NCBI GenBank assembly: GCA_964635675.1
Contig: CAZWPT010000003.1
Location: 3,672-67,671 of the forward strand
Length of the DNA stretch: 64,000 bases
Reading direction: 5' to 3'
DNA from: an uncultured Nitrososphaerota archaeon
GTDB taxonomy: Archaea; Thermoproteota; EX4484-205; JAAOZP01
This document shows positions 37,867 through 47,714 of the stretch, one piece after another. Position 1 is the first letter of the stretch. Each line of letters opens with the position of its first letter. The notes beneath the pieces were generated by a model. That model was given only the letters and a program-made list of their open reading frames with translations. It made no database searches and was not told where the DNA came from. Both the position numbers and the translations under genes were made by a program.

Positions 37867-38973
37867 TCATTTTTTCGCAGCAAGTTCATCAAGCAGTTGT
37901 GAAACCATTCTTACCCTCTCGATATCTGCAGGAGGGGGAAGCTCATCCGATATGCCAAGTATGAGCCGTGGAATAGCCTTCACTATTTTTCTTACCAGTT
38001 GCTCCAAAGTTTCGAAAGGCACGTTCGGAAGGAAAAGTAGGAAGGGTATGCCGTCTAAGACGACGATCTCATCCTTAAACTCTCCTGCAATATCTTCGAC
38101 TGTCATGTCTCCAACGGGCTCAGGGGTTAAGGCTTCAACCCCATCAACCCCAGACCTCCAGAGTAATGGGAGAAGAGGCTTCGCATAGCCGTCAACATGT
38201 ATATGCACGTACTTGCCTCTTTTATGCAAGTATTCGCACCTCTTCTGATAGATCGGCAGACAGAATTTCTCGAACAGCCTTGGAGAAGTTAACCTAACAT
38301 CAATGTTTTCCCCCAAGTTAAATATTTCAATCGGAGAATTGCCCATCAGCTCAAAGAACTTATCATTATATCTTTCAATAGCATCCATAATCTCCTCAAG
38401 CCTATTATACCCTTCAATGTATAGGAACCTCATTGTCCGAGTGAAACCCATGTAGTCCAGTATTAGAGCCTGAAGAGGCGAGTGTGGAAAGAAGAAGGAA
38501 ACTATTCCTTGCTCCTTTACGTTCCTCTCCAACTCCTCGTAAACCCCCTGGTTGAACCTGACTTCAGCACTGTCCAGCAGGTAGGATAAAGCCTTAAAAT
38601 CCTCAGCGGTTTTCAAAAGATACTCTAGTTTTCTCGAGGACAGGCCCCATTCGTCAGTCTTAGCTACTTCCTGAAGCGAGCCGACGGGCGTTTTAATCCT
38701 TGTCCTAACCATGTTTCCGTTTCTCGTAACATTAAACTGAACGTCATCCCCGTATGATACTTCCACAGCGCTTTTCACGAAGTATCCCGAGTAACACCTC
38801 CAGCTTGCTCCAAGATCTATGCAAACATCTGCGAGACTAACTCCCTCGTATTTTTTAGGAAGCTTTCCACTCTTCTTCGCCACGTAATACCAGTATTCAT
38901 GCCTTATATTCCAAGGGACCTTGTCTACCTGTCTTCCCTGGAAGACCGCTAGGATTCTTTCATGAGCGTTCAA
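37867..38973 (-). CDS. URO-D/MtaA-superfamily protein, paralog 4
   Basis: 368 aa. N-terminal MNAHERILAVFQGRQVDKVPW aligns with paralogs 1 and 3. The central motif is VHIHVDGYAKP. The called start codon is TTG (caa on + strand at 38971-38973). Confidence 0.6.
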   Translation of the reverse strand: MNAHERILAVFQGRQVDKVPWNIRHEYWYYVAKKSGKLPKKYEGVSLADVCIDLGASWRCYSGYFVKSAVEVSYGDDVQFNVTRNGNMVRTRIKTPVGSLQEVAKTDEWGLSSRKLEYLLKTAEDFKALSYLLDSAEVRFNQGVYEELERNVKEQGIVSFFFPHSPLQALILDYMGFTRTMRFLYIEGYNRLEEIMDAIERYNDKFFELMGNSPIEIFNLGENIDVRLTSPRLFEKFCLPIYQKRCEYLHKRGKYVHIHVDGYAKPLLPLLWRSGVDGVEALTPEPVGDMTVEDIAGEFKDEIVVLDGIPFLLFLPNVPFETLEQLVRKIVKAIPRLILGISDELPPPADIERVRMVSQLLDELAAKK

Positions 38974-39017
38974 AGCAGCATGTTTTTGCTAAAGGGCATT
39001 ATAAATTTAGCGCTAGC

Positions 39018-42000
39018 CTATTTCCTTAGTCTGATCGTTTTTATTTCCCACGGTCCAAGTTTGACTTTGAGCGAGCCTTCTTGAAGCTTAAGCCTCGACA
39101 GGTTTCTTTCAAGCAAATCGGTCTCAACAGCCTCTCTAACGGGAAAACCTGGAGTGATTTCTGCTTCGCTGCCTTCCCCAGTCGCGTCGTAAATTCTGAT
39201 TATGATGCCGTCCGAATCCTCAGCCGTCTTTAGGCAGGACAATACTATGTTTTCAGGATTTATTCTCATGAACGACGCTTCCTCTGGAAGATTTCCCTGG
39301 GAGGCTCTAACAGTCACAACAACTGTTTCGAGTGGATGGTTCAGTTCGTATCCTCTTCTGAAGGTAAGCGCCTTCCTCCAATCCTCTCTGTGAGGATACA
39401 AAGAATACTTAAGCTCGTGACGGCCCTGATCCGGATTTGGGTCTGGACTATAACTCGTCCTGAGAATCGTCATTCTCATTGTATTACCCTGCACATCAAA
39501 CCCGTACTTGCAGTCGTTCAGCAAGCTGACACCATACTCGCCGTCTGAGAGGTCAACCCATCTTAAAGCAGGAAACTCTCTTCCATCAGCAATTCTTGAA
39601 ATGCTTCCAAAAGGTATTTCAAAGGTTGCGGTTGAGGTTCCTAAGATTGGTGTGAAAGAGACTTTCAACATGGGGGCGTCAGTGAACTCGTCAGACACTT
39701 CATGCCAATCAACAGTTGTGTGAAAATCAATCCTAGGGATCCCTGCGTAAAGCATTATTTCTTGGGTTATGGTTGAATCCCTATATCTCCTTGTAGTATG
39801 GATCCTCGACACCACTGGGCCTTTCTCAACCGCTTTTACCTCAGCCCCAGTAAGCAGGTTCTCCACCTTAGTTATAGGCCCTATTATCCAGGCAGACATT
39901 CCATGAGGAGCCTCGTGAAACACTTGAAACAGGTTGCTGAACTCTGGCCGTGTAGCCTCATGTCTAAAAGCCTTAGTCACAAACCTGCCTTCCTTCTTAT
40001 CGTAAACCGACTCTATTGCTCCAGAATCCTGATCTACCTCAATCTTGAAAAACTCGTTTTCAAGCACTGTCTGCTTTGGTTCAGGTTGATAAGACTCCTC
40101 TTCCCCTCCTTCTACTAGATAGTAGGTTGAGTAGCCTAGACTTGGTACTTCAGCGATGAAAACCAGCTCATCGCCATTAATCTGAACAGGGTGTTTCTTT
40201 CCACGCACATCCCTAACAACCGGGTTTTCAGGAATTATCTCCCTAGGTATTTTAACTCTTACAACATCCTTTCTATCCCAGGCAAGAGTATTGAATACTA
40301 TTATTGCCAACCCTTCTTGAGAGAATTTTATCCTTTCAGCTGTCTTCTTCATGGATTTATCTAAGATTTCCTTTGCTGTTGCAAGAACCTCCTCAGCTAG
40401 ACGGTTAGAGTATGAGTAGGCGTCGTGAAACGCACTTCCATCCAGAATGTCGTGGAACTGGTTGAACAGTGTTTTCTTCCATGCTTCTTCAAGTTTTTCT
40501 CCAGGATATTCGCTAGCGATTGCTGAAAGCTTTTCAGCATCAACTAAATATCTTTCACACAACCTGTTGTAACGCTTAATGTCAGCATGAGTCGTGTAGC
40601 AACCGTCGAAAGTAAAGTTGAGCTCATCCCTAACTACTGGTAACTCTAGTTTCTCCTTCGAAACCTCGTCGAAAAACCGGTGCGTCGAACTGAAGACTAC
40701 GTCAGGAAGAACTGGCTTCTCCCGTATTTTGATCGCAGCCTTAATGTCCTCAATAGTTGCACCACCACCATGATCCCCAACCCCGTAAACGAACATGCTT
40801 GTTTTCAATCCGTATTTCTCATGCAAGAGTTTCGCGGTTTCAACTATGTTTTTAGGAGTGATCATGTTATTGTAAACACTGTTGAAGGCAAGCAGTCTTG
40901 AGCCATCTGGTCCCTCCCAACAAAACATTGGATATCCTTTTCCACATCTTGTGAAATAATAGTATTCCACTCTGGCTTTCTTTAAAACCTGCGGGAGTGT
41001 CCAAATGTGGCCGAAAGTATCAGGCTCCCATCCTACCTTTATTTCGAAGCCGAATTTCTCCTCCACGTATCTTTTTGAATACATTATTTGTCTAACCAGC
41101 GTCTCTTCCCCTATCATGTTGAGATCTGCCTCAACCCACATGGAAGCTGTAACATCCCAGTTTCCAGAGCGGATTTTCTCCCTTATTTTCTCGAAAAGAC
41201 CAGGGTTCTTCTCCTCCACTACTCTGTATGTTACTGCCTGGCTTTGAGAGAAGTGGAAATCCGGATAGCGATCCATTAGATCCACCATTGTTGAGAAGTC
41301 TCTCTCTATGACTTTCACAGTGTCTTCCCAAGGCCAGAGCCAATTCATATCTATGTGAGCATGCGCTACAAGGTGAACTTTAAACTCTTTAGCATACTTA
41401 GACAGAACCTTTAGCTTCTGTCTCGCCTCCTCTATTTCTATCAGAACGCTTTCGGCATTACGCGAAAAAACACCGAAGTCAAATTCTCCAACAACCCTGT
41501 TCAATGTTTCAGGCCCACCAGGCAGGATTTGGGCAAAACCCAACTCTTGAATGAAAGACTCTATTTCGAACGCGACGTTGTCGACAACATCATATGCTAG
41601 TTGAAACAAGGGTATTCCTTTTTTCTCCCCCCTTGAAAATGGTCTTTTTTCATACGCGTGTATAGCCACCACATGAATGTCGCCAGGTCTCGCTTTCTCC
41701 GCAATAGTTATTCTCGGTCCTCGAAAATCAGTCCAATAATCCTCCTTCAAGACAAGCCTGGAATCAACATAGACCTCGCCGCCGGTTATCATTGCTGAAG
41801 AATACATTTCAACCTTCGAGCCTGAAACCTTAAGCCCTTCTATCTCATCAGGAATCCTGATTTTACATCTCAGCCATACATCGCCTTTAGAAGGATCCCA
41901 TTGAAAAGGCAGTGAAACAGTCTCCCATGAGGAATCGTCAAAATCCCTCATGTAGGCTTCTTTCAAATCCCCTTGGAAAAACCTCCAGGATAATTTAGAT

Positions 42001-42080
42001 CGGTAGTCGGTTAGCATCCGATAGACGTTTTCCAGGTTTGCTTTAAGCTCCTCAAACTCGCCGACATCGGGTTCAGCCAT
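39018..42080 (-). CDS. GH38-family alpha-mannosidase
   Basis: 1020 aa. HAHIDMNWLW motif (the GH38 H-x-H-x-D metal/nucleophile region), plus GH38 central and C-terminal domains. Confidence 0.85.
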   Translation of the reverse strand: MAEPDVGEFEELKANLENVYRMLTDYRSKLSWRFFQGDLKEAYMRDFDDSSWETVSLPFQWDPSKGDVWLRCKIRIPDEIEGLKVSGSKVEMYSSAMITGGEVYVDSRLVLKEDYWTDFRGPRITIAEKARPGDIHVVAIHAYEKRPFSRGEKKGIPLFQLAYDVVDNVAFEIESFIQELGFAQILPGGPETLNRVVGEFDFGVFSRNAESVLIEIEEARQKLKVLSKYAKEFKVHLVAHAHIDMNWLWPWEDTVKVIERDFSTMVDLMDRYPDFHFSQSQAVTYRVVEEKNPGLFEKIREKIRSGNWDVTASMWVEADLNMIGEETLVRQIMYSKRYVEEKFGFEIKVGWEPDTFGHIWTLPQVLKKARVEYYYFTRCGKGYPMFCWEGPDGSRLLAFNSVYNNMITPKNIVETAKLLHEKYGLKTSMFVYGVGDHGGGATIEDIKAAIKIREKPVLPDVVFSSTHRFFDEVSKEKLELPVVRDELNFTFDGCYTTHADIKRYNRLCERYLVDAEKLSAIASEYPGEKLEEAWKKTLFNQFHDILDGSAFHDAYSYSNRLAEEVLATAKEILDKSMKKTAERIKFSQEGLAIIVFNTLAWDRKDVVRVKIPREIIPENPVVRDVRGKKHPVQINGDELVFIAEVPSLGYSTYYLVEGGEEESYQPEPKQTVLENEFFKIEVDQDSGAIESVYDKKEGRFVTKAFRHEATRPEFSNLFQVFHEAPHGMSAWIIGPITKVENLLTGAEVKAVEKGPVVSRIHTTRRYRDSTITQEIMLYAGIPRIDFHTTVDWHEVSDEFTDAPMLKVSFTPILGTSTATFEIPFGSISRIADGREFPALRWVDLSDGEYGVSLLNDCKYGFDVQGNTMRMTILRTSYSPDPNPDQGRHELKYSLYPHREDWRKALTFRRGYELNHPLETVVVTVRASQGNLPEEASFMRINPENIVLSCLKTAEDSDGIIIRIYDATGEGSEAEITPGFPVREAVETDLLERNLSRLKLQEGSLKVKLGPWEIKTIRLRK

Positions 42081-42149
42081 TACTCTACAAAAATAAATTA
42101 CATATATAAAGTTTGAGGCAAAATGGCTATTGATTAGATACGCTGCATG

Positions 42150-43235
42150 TTAAGTCTTAATCGGGTATCTGCCGTATTTTTCTGCAGCCATGTACATTGC
42201 TAAGGCGTTCTCAGGCGGCACATACCTGGTTAACACATTAGTAGTGCTTAAAATGTAGCCTCCTCCTGGAGCCACTTCCAGCATGAGGCGTTTCACTTCA
42301 GCTTCCACGTCTTCCGGTTTACCAAACGGCAGTAGATAGTCTAAGTCAACGTTTCCCATCAAACACAGCATGCCCCCCCAACTCTTCTTGATATCAACGA
42401 TGTTAACGCCCGCACTTGGTTGAAGACTATGTAAACCGTCAAACCCAGCCTTAGCTATATCCTCCATTAATAACGTGATATTACCGTCTGAATGCAGCAT
42501 AACTGGGAGATTGCGCTTGTGTGCAGCCTCAGCCTCACCAGCCAAGTAGGGGAGCACGCATTTCCTGAGAAGGCTTGGAGGGATGAAGGGGCCGTTATCA
42601 TACGCTAGATCATCACCAACCAGTATCACGTGCGCCCCGGCCTCGGCAAACATCTTTATGACTTCTAGGTTAAACCTGTAGACTTCTTCGATCACATGTC
42701 TCAGAGCATTCGGATAGAGGTAGAGGGCTTTAACGTAATTTGTAAAGCCCATATGGGGGTAAATCGAGTCGAATACGCCGCCTACTTGAGCGAAAACGCA
42801 AAAATCAGTCTGCTCAACCCACTTCCTTATGCTTGAAGTGTTGAAGAGGCTTATGTCAGGCATGTAGAATTGCTCCATGTCTCCAGGAGTGTGAGGAGCA
42901 TATTTCAAGTAGCGCCGCGTTTTTCCACTTTCAACCCATTCTGCTCCAAGCCAGTTTCGATATATTGGATATCCCTCCTTCGTTGTCCCTATGGTTTCAA
43001 CTTTAGGCCCACCACCTAATCCGAGGTTTACCAGATCCATATTGAGCAATTTTCGAACCCTTACATGAGCCTCAAAAGAATCATCAATGGGCTCCCTTAG
43101 AAGAGCTGAGACAAGTTCATCATGTATTCCTAACTCTCCCTTAGGTACCTTATCAGCCTCTTCAATGTTCAAAGCTCGATAGACTCTTTCAACCTTATCC
43201 AATGATACCACCTGCGGCAACGTGGAACCGTACAA
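42150..43235 (-). CDS. URO-D/MtaA-superfamily protein, paralog 5
   Basis: 361 aa. ...PVMLHSDGNITLL...CLMGNVDLDYL...GGGYILSTTNV. The called start is TTG at 43233-43235 and the N-terminus aligns with the other paralogs. First gene of an apparent minus-strand operon with GH38, paralog 4 and ARH. Confidence 0.55.
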   Translation of the reverse strand: MYGSTLPQVVSLDKVERVYRALNIEEADKVPKGELGIHDELVSALLREPIDDSFEAHVRVRKLLNMDLVNLGLGGGPKVETIGTTKEGYPIYRNWLGAEWVESGKTRRYLKYAPHTPGDMEQFYMPDISLFNTSSIRKWVEQTDFCVFAQVGGVFDSIYPHMGFTNYVKALYLYPNALRHVIEEVYRFNLEVIKMFAEAGAHVILVGDDLAYDNGPFIPPSLLRKCVLPYLAGEAEAAHKRNLPVMLHSDGNITLLMEDIAKAGFDGLHSLQPSAGVNIVDIKKSWGGMLCLMGNVDLDYLLPFGKPEDVEAEVKRLMLEVAPGGGYILSTTNVLTRYVPPENALAMYMAAEKYGRYPIKT

Positions 43236-43382
43236 CTGATTGCATCAAGCCTATTAACCCTTTGATAGCCATATCCATCACGTTCAGAACCTCCGAAGCT
43301 TCTTTTAGTTGTTTTTCCAGCCATATGTCCATGCTTAGAAATGGTTCGTGCTATTTATTAATTTAATGACGGCGGAAAGATA

Positions 43383-43850
43383 GTGCTATCCATGCGTGCG
43401 CTCGCCTTCATTATAGGCCGGATTCTTAAAACTTTAATAATGGCCTCTGAATATTTTCTCGTAATGCCGCGTATTGATGAAGTGAGGCTTTTGAGGAAGA
43501 GGGCAAAATCCTTTTTCGTAAGAGCCCTAGAGAGCTTAAATTCAGGGGATTATGACTTAGCCGCCTTCTTATCTGAGCAGTCGGTACAGCTTTATCTTAA
43601 ATCGATATTACTGGAAAAAATAGGTGATTATCCCAGAGTACACTCGATCCTAACTCTTGCCTTTATCCTTAAGAAACTACCTGATTGCAAAGACCTTGCA
43701 GAATTTCTCGACAAAAAGAAAGCCGAGGTTCGCTTGCTGGAAGACGCGTATATAGCTTCAAGATACTTATTAAGGGAGTATGTTAAAGAAGAAGCTGAAA
43801 TGCTCGTAAACGTTGCAAGCGAGGTTTTAAAGTATGGAGAACTATGTTGA
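43383..43850 (+). CDS. HEPN-domain protein (toxin-antitoxin partner of MNT)
   Basis: 155 aa, helical. Gene order and 17-nt overlap with the downstream MNT gene are typical of archaeal HEPN-MNT pairs. Confidence 0.55.
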   Translation: MLSMRALAFIIGRILKTLIMASEYFLVMPRIDEVRLLRKRAKSFFVRALESLNSGDYDLAAFLSEQSVQLYLKSILLEKIGDYPRVHSILTLAFILKKLPDCKDLAEFLDKKKAEVRLLEDAYIASRYLLREYVKEEAEMLVNVASEVLKYGELC

Positions 43851-44175
43851 CATTCTCATAAAGAGGGCCGAAATGGTTAGAAACTGGAGAGAGTATATAA
43901 ATAGTATAGTGGAAACTGTGAAGTCTGTTCTACCAGATTCGAAAATTTATGTTTTTGGAAGTGTAGTGAAAGGCGAATCCACCGGTGGGAGTGATGTAGA
44001 TATACTGGTGGTTTCAGAAAGAATCCCAAGGAACAATCTAGAAAGGGCAGGATTAAAGATAAGAATAGAGGAGCTTTCAAACCTTCCGCCATATCATCCG
44101 TTTGAATTTCATTTGGCGGATAGAGAAGAAGGAGAATGGTACTTTAAGAGAATTAAAGAGCTAATAGAATATTAA
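43834..44175 (+). CDS. Minimal nucleotidyltransferase (MNT) of a HEPN-MNT pair
   Basis: 113 aa. GSVVKGESTGGSDVDILVV equals the GSxxxGxxxxxSDxD nucleotidyltransferase motif. Confidence 0.8.
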   Translation: MENYVDILIKRAEMVRNWREYINSIVETVKSVLPDSKIYVFGSVVKGESTGGSDVDILVVSERIPRNNLERAGLKIRIEELSNLPPYHPFEFHLADREEGEWYFKRIKELIEY

Positions 44176-44333
44176 ATCAGCAATAGATCGTGCATTGCGG
44201 AGATTGTTGGTTAATTTGTAGATTGCTTTGCTTTCTTCATTCTTAGCTTATCCGCTTTTTGACGTATTTTTGAATACCGTACCTTCACCATTTTTCATAA
44301 ACCCCTATTGAAACTTCCTCATGATTTATTCTT

Positions 44334-44795
44334 TTAAGTTTCCCTGTTTGCGTCGTGGAAATCTTTGTTGACACTAACCCCTCGATATATTTCAATAAGG
44401 TTTTTGATAATTATTAAGCTTGCGGGAGCTATTACTATTAAAGCTATCAGAGACTCCAAGGGCGATCTGGATCGATGTATGTCATATAGAAACTGGTCAT
44501 ACATAAAAAGAGAGAAACCCAGAAGAAGGAATATTAAAGCACTGTACACCGCCATCCTTCTGTTTACACGGGACCGCTCCGCTAGGAACATGGAAAGCCA
44601 GACGCAGAAGACAAAAAAGAGGCTTGCAGTGGAGTAAGGAGGATAAGGAGTTGGAGAAACAAGACGAAGAAAGATGCTGATCAGCACAAGTATCATGAGG
44701 AATATGAGCGAAAATTTAGACACCTTGAATTTCTTTTGCAGATGCCCCGATCTTACATATCTAGGCACCTTTTTAGCGTGCGCGCGCTCTCCCAT
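44334..44795 (-). CDS. Hypothetical membrane protein (about 4 TM)
   Basis: 153 aa, hydrophobic. No motif. Confidence 0.35.
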   Translation of the reverse strand: MGERAHAKKVPRYVRSGHLQKKFKVSKFSLIFLMILVLISIFLRLVSPTPYPPYSTASLFFVFCVWLSMFLAERSRVNRRMAVYSALIFLLLGFSLFMYDQFLYDIHRSRSPLESLIALIVIAPASLIIIKNLIEIYRGVSVNKDFHDANRET

Positions 44796-45032
44796 TACCC
44801 CCTAAATAAAGAGGAAAGAGGAGGTATTTATTTTTTTTAATGCATGTAAAACAGGTTGATTTACGTCCATAAGAATAAAAAATTTTTCGGTTTCCCATGC
44901 CCAATTTCTGGCAAGGTATTTTTAAGTTCTCGTAAATACTTATTTTCGGATCCTAAATCTGCGAGGGGCTGGCACCCGCTTAGTTTCTAAGACGCATTAT
45001 GTTTCGTCTTTCAGCAAAGCTTTAGGGCTGTT

Positions 45033-46151
45033 TCATACATGGTCTAAAGAAGGCATGTGTACTGGTAAGGGAAGCAGCACGCTAAGTTCCCTTAGTTTCC
45101 CGATGCTTACCGCAGCACCGCCGAGGAAGATGCGTACGGCTTCACGCTCATCAAGCTCTACGTAGTTTCTTGAAAAACTGCCTTTTTCAATGTCAACCTT
45201 ACCGTTGTTTACATAAATTGTGGCCGTATCGACATCAACGCCAAGCTTCAATCCGATGGAGAGTTCAAAGTCCCTCACCATCTCTGCTCTGCCGGACATA
45301 AACTCTTTAAAAGCTTCGAGCAGGCCAGTTATGTCGATTATCCTGAACAGTCCTTCAGGAACTATTTCCCAGTATGAGGCTGCTTTAAGCAGGTGTTCAA
45401 GCCTTTCAGTGTCAAACGCGTTGACCTCTATGGAGGCGGAGTCTCCGAAGCAGCGTTCCATAACGCCTCCAACTAATTCTGCCTCTTTTCCCTCTAGCGA
45501 TGCAACTTCAAGTATCCTTGGCGGGCCGATTTCGCCGGAAGAAATAGCATATCCTTCTTTTCCAATCCATATTCTTATCCCTTCCTTCTTCAAAATCAAA
45601 GCATGATGCCTACGTTCAACCCTCATCTTGAGGGAACTGTGAAGTTTCTCCACTTTGAGAGCGGCATCCTCGGGGAAAACCTCCTCTACTTTAACAGGCT
45701 TCACATGCGCCCTTTCAAGAGAACGAGCCGTTATGTTTATCGAGTATTTTAAGCCAGCAATATCCCATCCAAAAGGATAGTATCTTTGCCTGTCCCCCCA
45801 GAGGACTGACAGCGGCAAACCCTTCTGCTTCATCAGATTGCCCACATGCTTCAGAAGCATCGACATATAGCCTTTCTTCCTTTCTTCCGGCAGGGTTGCG
45901 ACGCCGCCTATTCCACCAATCTTTATACGGGTCCCTAAGCTAAATAGCTCGAGGGGAAACAGTCCTACGTGTGAAACTATTCTCCCGTTTTCCTCCAGAA
46001 CTATGAATGATGAAAGAGCCTCTTTCTCTTGCCTGTAGAGCTGCGGATAGTAACGGGGAAAATAGTTTCTAGAATGCCCGTAGCTTCTTTCAAGAAATCG
46101 CATGAAATCATCCCACTCCTCCGGTTTTAAGCTTCTTATAGCAGGAGTCAT
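45033..46151 (-). CDS. GNAT-family N-acetyltransferase, Eis-like (with C-terminal SCP2-like domain)
   Basis: 372 aa. N-terminal acetyltransferase core (VGLFPLEL...IGGVATLPEERKKGYMSMLL) with a downstream domain arranged as in Eis-type enzymes. Confidence 0.6.
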   Translation of the reverse strand: MTPAIRSLKPEEWDDFMRFLERSYGHSRNYFPRYYPQLYRQEKEALSSFIVLEENGRIVSHVGLFPLELFSLGTRIKIGGIGGVATLPEERKKGYMSMLLKHVGNLMKQKGLPLSVLWGDRQRYYPFGWDIAGLKYSINITARSLERAHVKPVKVEEVFPEDAALKVEKLHSSLKMRVERRHHALILKKEGIRIWIGKEGYAISSGEIGPPRILEVASLEGKEAELVGGVMERCFGDSASIEVNAFDTERLEHLLKAASYWEIVPEGLFRIIDITGLLEAFKEFMSGRAEMVRDFELSIGLKLGVDVDTATIYVNNGKVDIEKGSFSRNYVELDEREAVRIFLGGAAVSIGKLRELSVLLPLPVHMPSLDHV

Positions 46152-46353
46152 TTCAGATATTTTTGTAATTCTTATTTATTAAGTTTAATCTAAGAATTGG
46201 CTTACTCCGGGTTTTAATGAACTCGAGAAGACTATTTTGAATTGAACAATAGAAATACGATTTAACACATGTGTTAACTCAGATTATAAAGACCCTTGCA
46301 ACTGATACTGGCTACATTTTGAAGATTCGGATTCGAATAAAGCTTAATAATGA

Positions 46354-47712
46354 TTGGTGAAATGTTTGTTTATGAGTAATTTTCTGAAAATAGTAGTGGT
46401 TGGCGGTGGTGCTGCAGGCATGGCTGCCGCCGCCAGTGCCAGAAGAGTTAACCCAAGTGCAGAAATAACCGTGCTGGAGGCTTCCAGGTATGTTTCCTAC
46501 GGATCATGTGGTATCCCGTATTACCTAGGGGGCCTTGTGGAAGACGTTTCAAGACTTGTGACCTATACTCCTGAAGAATTCAAAAGAAGCAGAAGAGTTG
46601 AAGTCCAGATAAACTCGTATGTAAAGAGTATCAACGCTAGGTCGAAAACCCTCGTGTACGTTTCTGAAAAAGGAGAAGAGAAGGAAATAGGCTTCGACGT
46701 TCTTATTCTTGCAACCGGTGCTAAACCGCTCGTTCCAAAAATGGAGGGTCTTGGTCTCAAGGGTATCCATACTGTTCGTTTTCTCGATGGTGCCGTTAAG
46801 CTGAAAGACGACCTGACCCATTCAAAGAGAGTTACAATAATAGGTGCTGGCTACATAGGTTTAGAGTTAGCTGAGAACCTTAGGAGGATCGGTAAAGAGG
46901 TTACGATTCTCGAGCTACTGCCACGTCCAATGCCTAATGTCGACCCGGAGTTGTCCGCAGTAATAAGCAGGGAGCTTACTAGAAACGGTGTGAAACTTGA
47001 GCTTAATAAAAGGGTTATCGGCTTTAAGGGTAGTGAAAGAGTCGAGAAGGTGGTTGCTGAGGACGCTGAATACGAGACTGACCTGGTGGTTATAGCTGTC
47101 GGCGTGAGGCCAAATGTCAGCTTAGCAAGGCAGGCAGGTGTTGAACTGGGTGAAAGCGGAGCGATAAAGACTAATAGCAGGATGGAAACAAGTGTTAAAG
47201 GAATGTTTGCCGCAGGAGATAATTGTGAAGCCCAACACATTGTGTTGAACAAGCCTGTCTACATTCCTCTTGCTCAAACAGCCAATAAGATGGGTTACGT
47301 TGCCGGTGCAAACGCTGCCGGAGGAGATGAAGAGTTTCCCGGCGTCGTGGGAAGCGCCATAACTAGAGTTTTCAACCTTGAAGTAGGCAGGACAGGGCTT
47401 GGCGAGGAGGAGGCTGAGAAACACGGTTTTGAAACCAAGAGTGTTTTGATTAAGGCGAGGTCGAGAGCAGGCTATTTCCCGGGGGGTGGAGACATATGGG
47501 TTAAACTCATCATAGAGAAGCCCAGTGGGAGAATTGTTGGGGGGCAGATCGTTGGTTATGAGGGGGTTTGGAGCAGGATTGCAGCATTATCATTAGCGAT
47601 TACGAGCAGGCTTACTGTAAAGCAAATAGTGTTTTCAGACCTGCCTTATGCTCCCCCGTTCAGCCCCGTTTGGGATCCGTTGATAACTGCTGCGAGAGTA
47701 GCCTTAAGATAG
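46354..47712 (+). CDS. NADH oxidase / CoA-disulfide reductase family flavoprotein
   Basis: 452 aa. FAD motif VVVGGGAAGMAAA, redox Cys in SYGSCGIPY, second Rossmann TIIGAGYIGLE. The likely true start is M at 46372. Confidence 0.8.
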   Translation: MVKCLFMSNFLKIVVVGGGAAGMAAAASARRVNPSAEITVLEASRYVSYGSCGIPYYLGGLVEDVSRLVTYTPEEFKRSRRVEVQINSYVKSINARSKTLVYVSEKGEEKEIGFDVLILATGAKPLVPKMEGLGLKGIHTVRFLDGAVKLKDDLTHSKRVTIIGAGYIGLELAENLRRIGKEVTILELLPRPMPNVDPELSAVISRELTRNGVKLELNKRVIGFKGSERVEKVVAEDAEYETDLVVIAVGVRPNVSLARQAGVELGESGAIKTNSRMETSVKGMFAAGDNCEAQHIVLNKPVYIPLAQTANKMGYVAGANAAGGDEEFPGVVGSAITRVFNLEVGRTGLGEEEAEKHGFETKSVLIKARSRAGYFPGGGDIWVKLIIEKPSGRIVGGQIVGYEGVWSRIAALSLAITSRLTVKQIVFSDLPYAPPFSPVWDPLITAARVALR

Positions 47713-47714
47713 TT

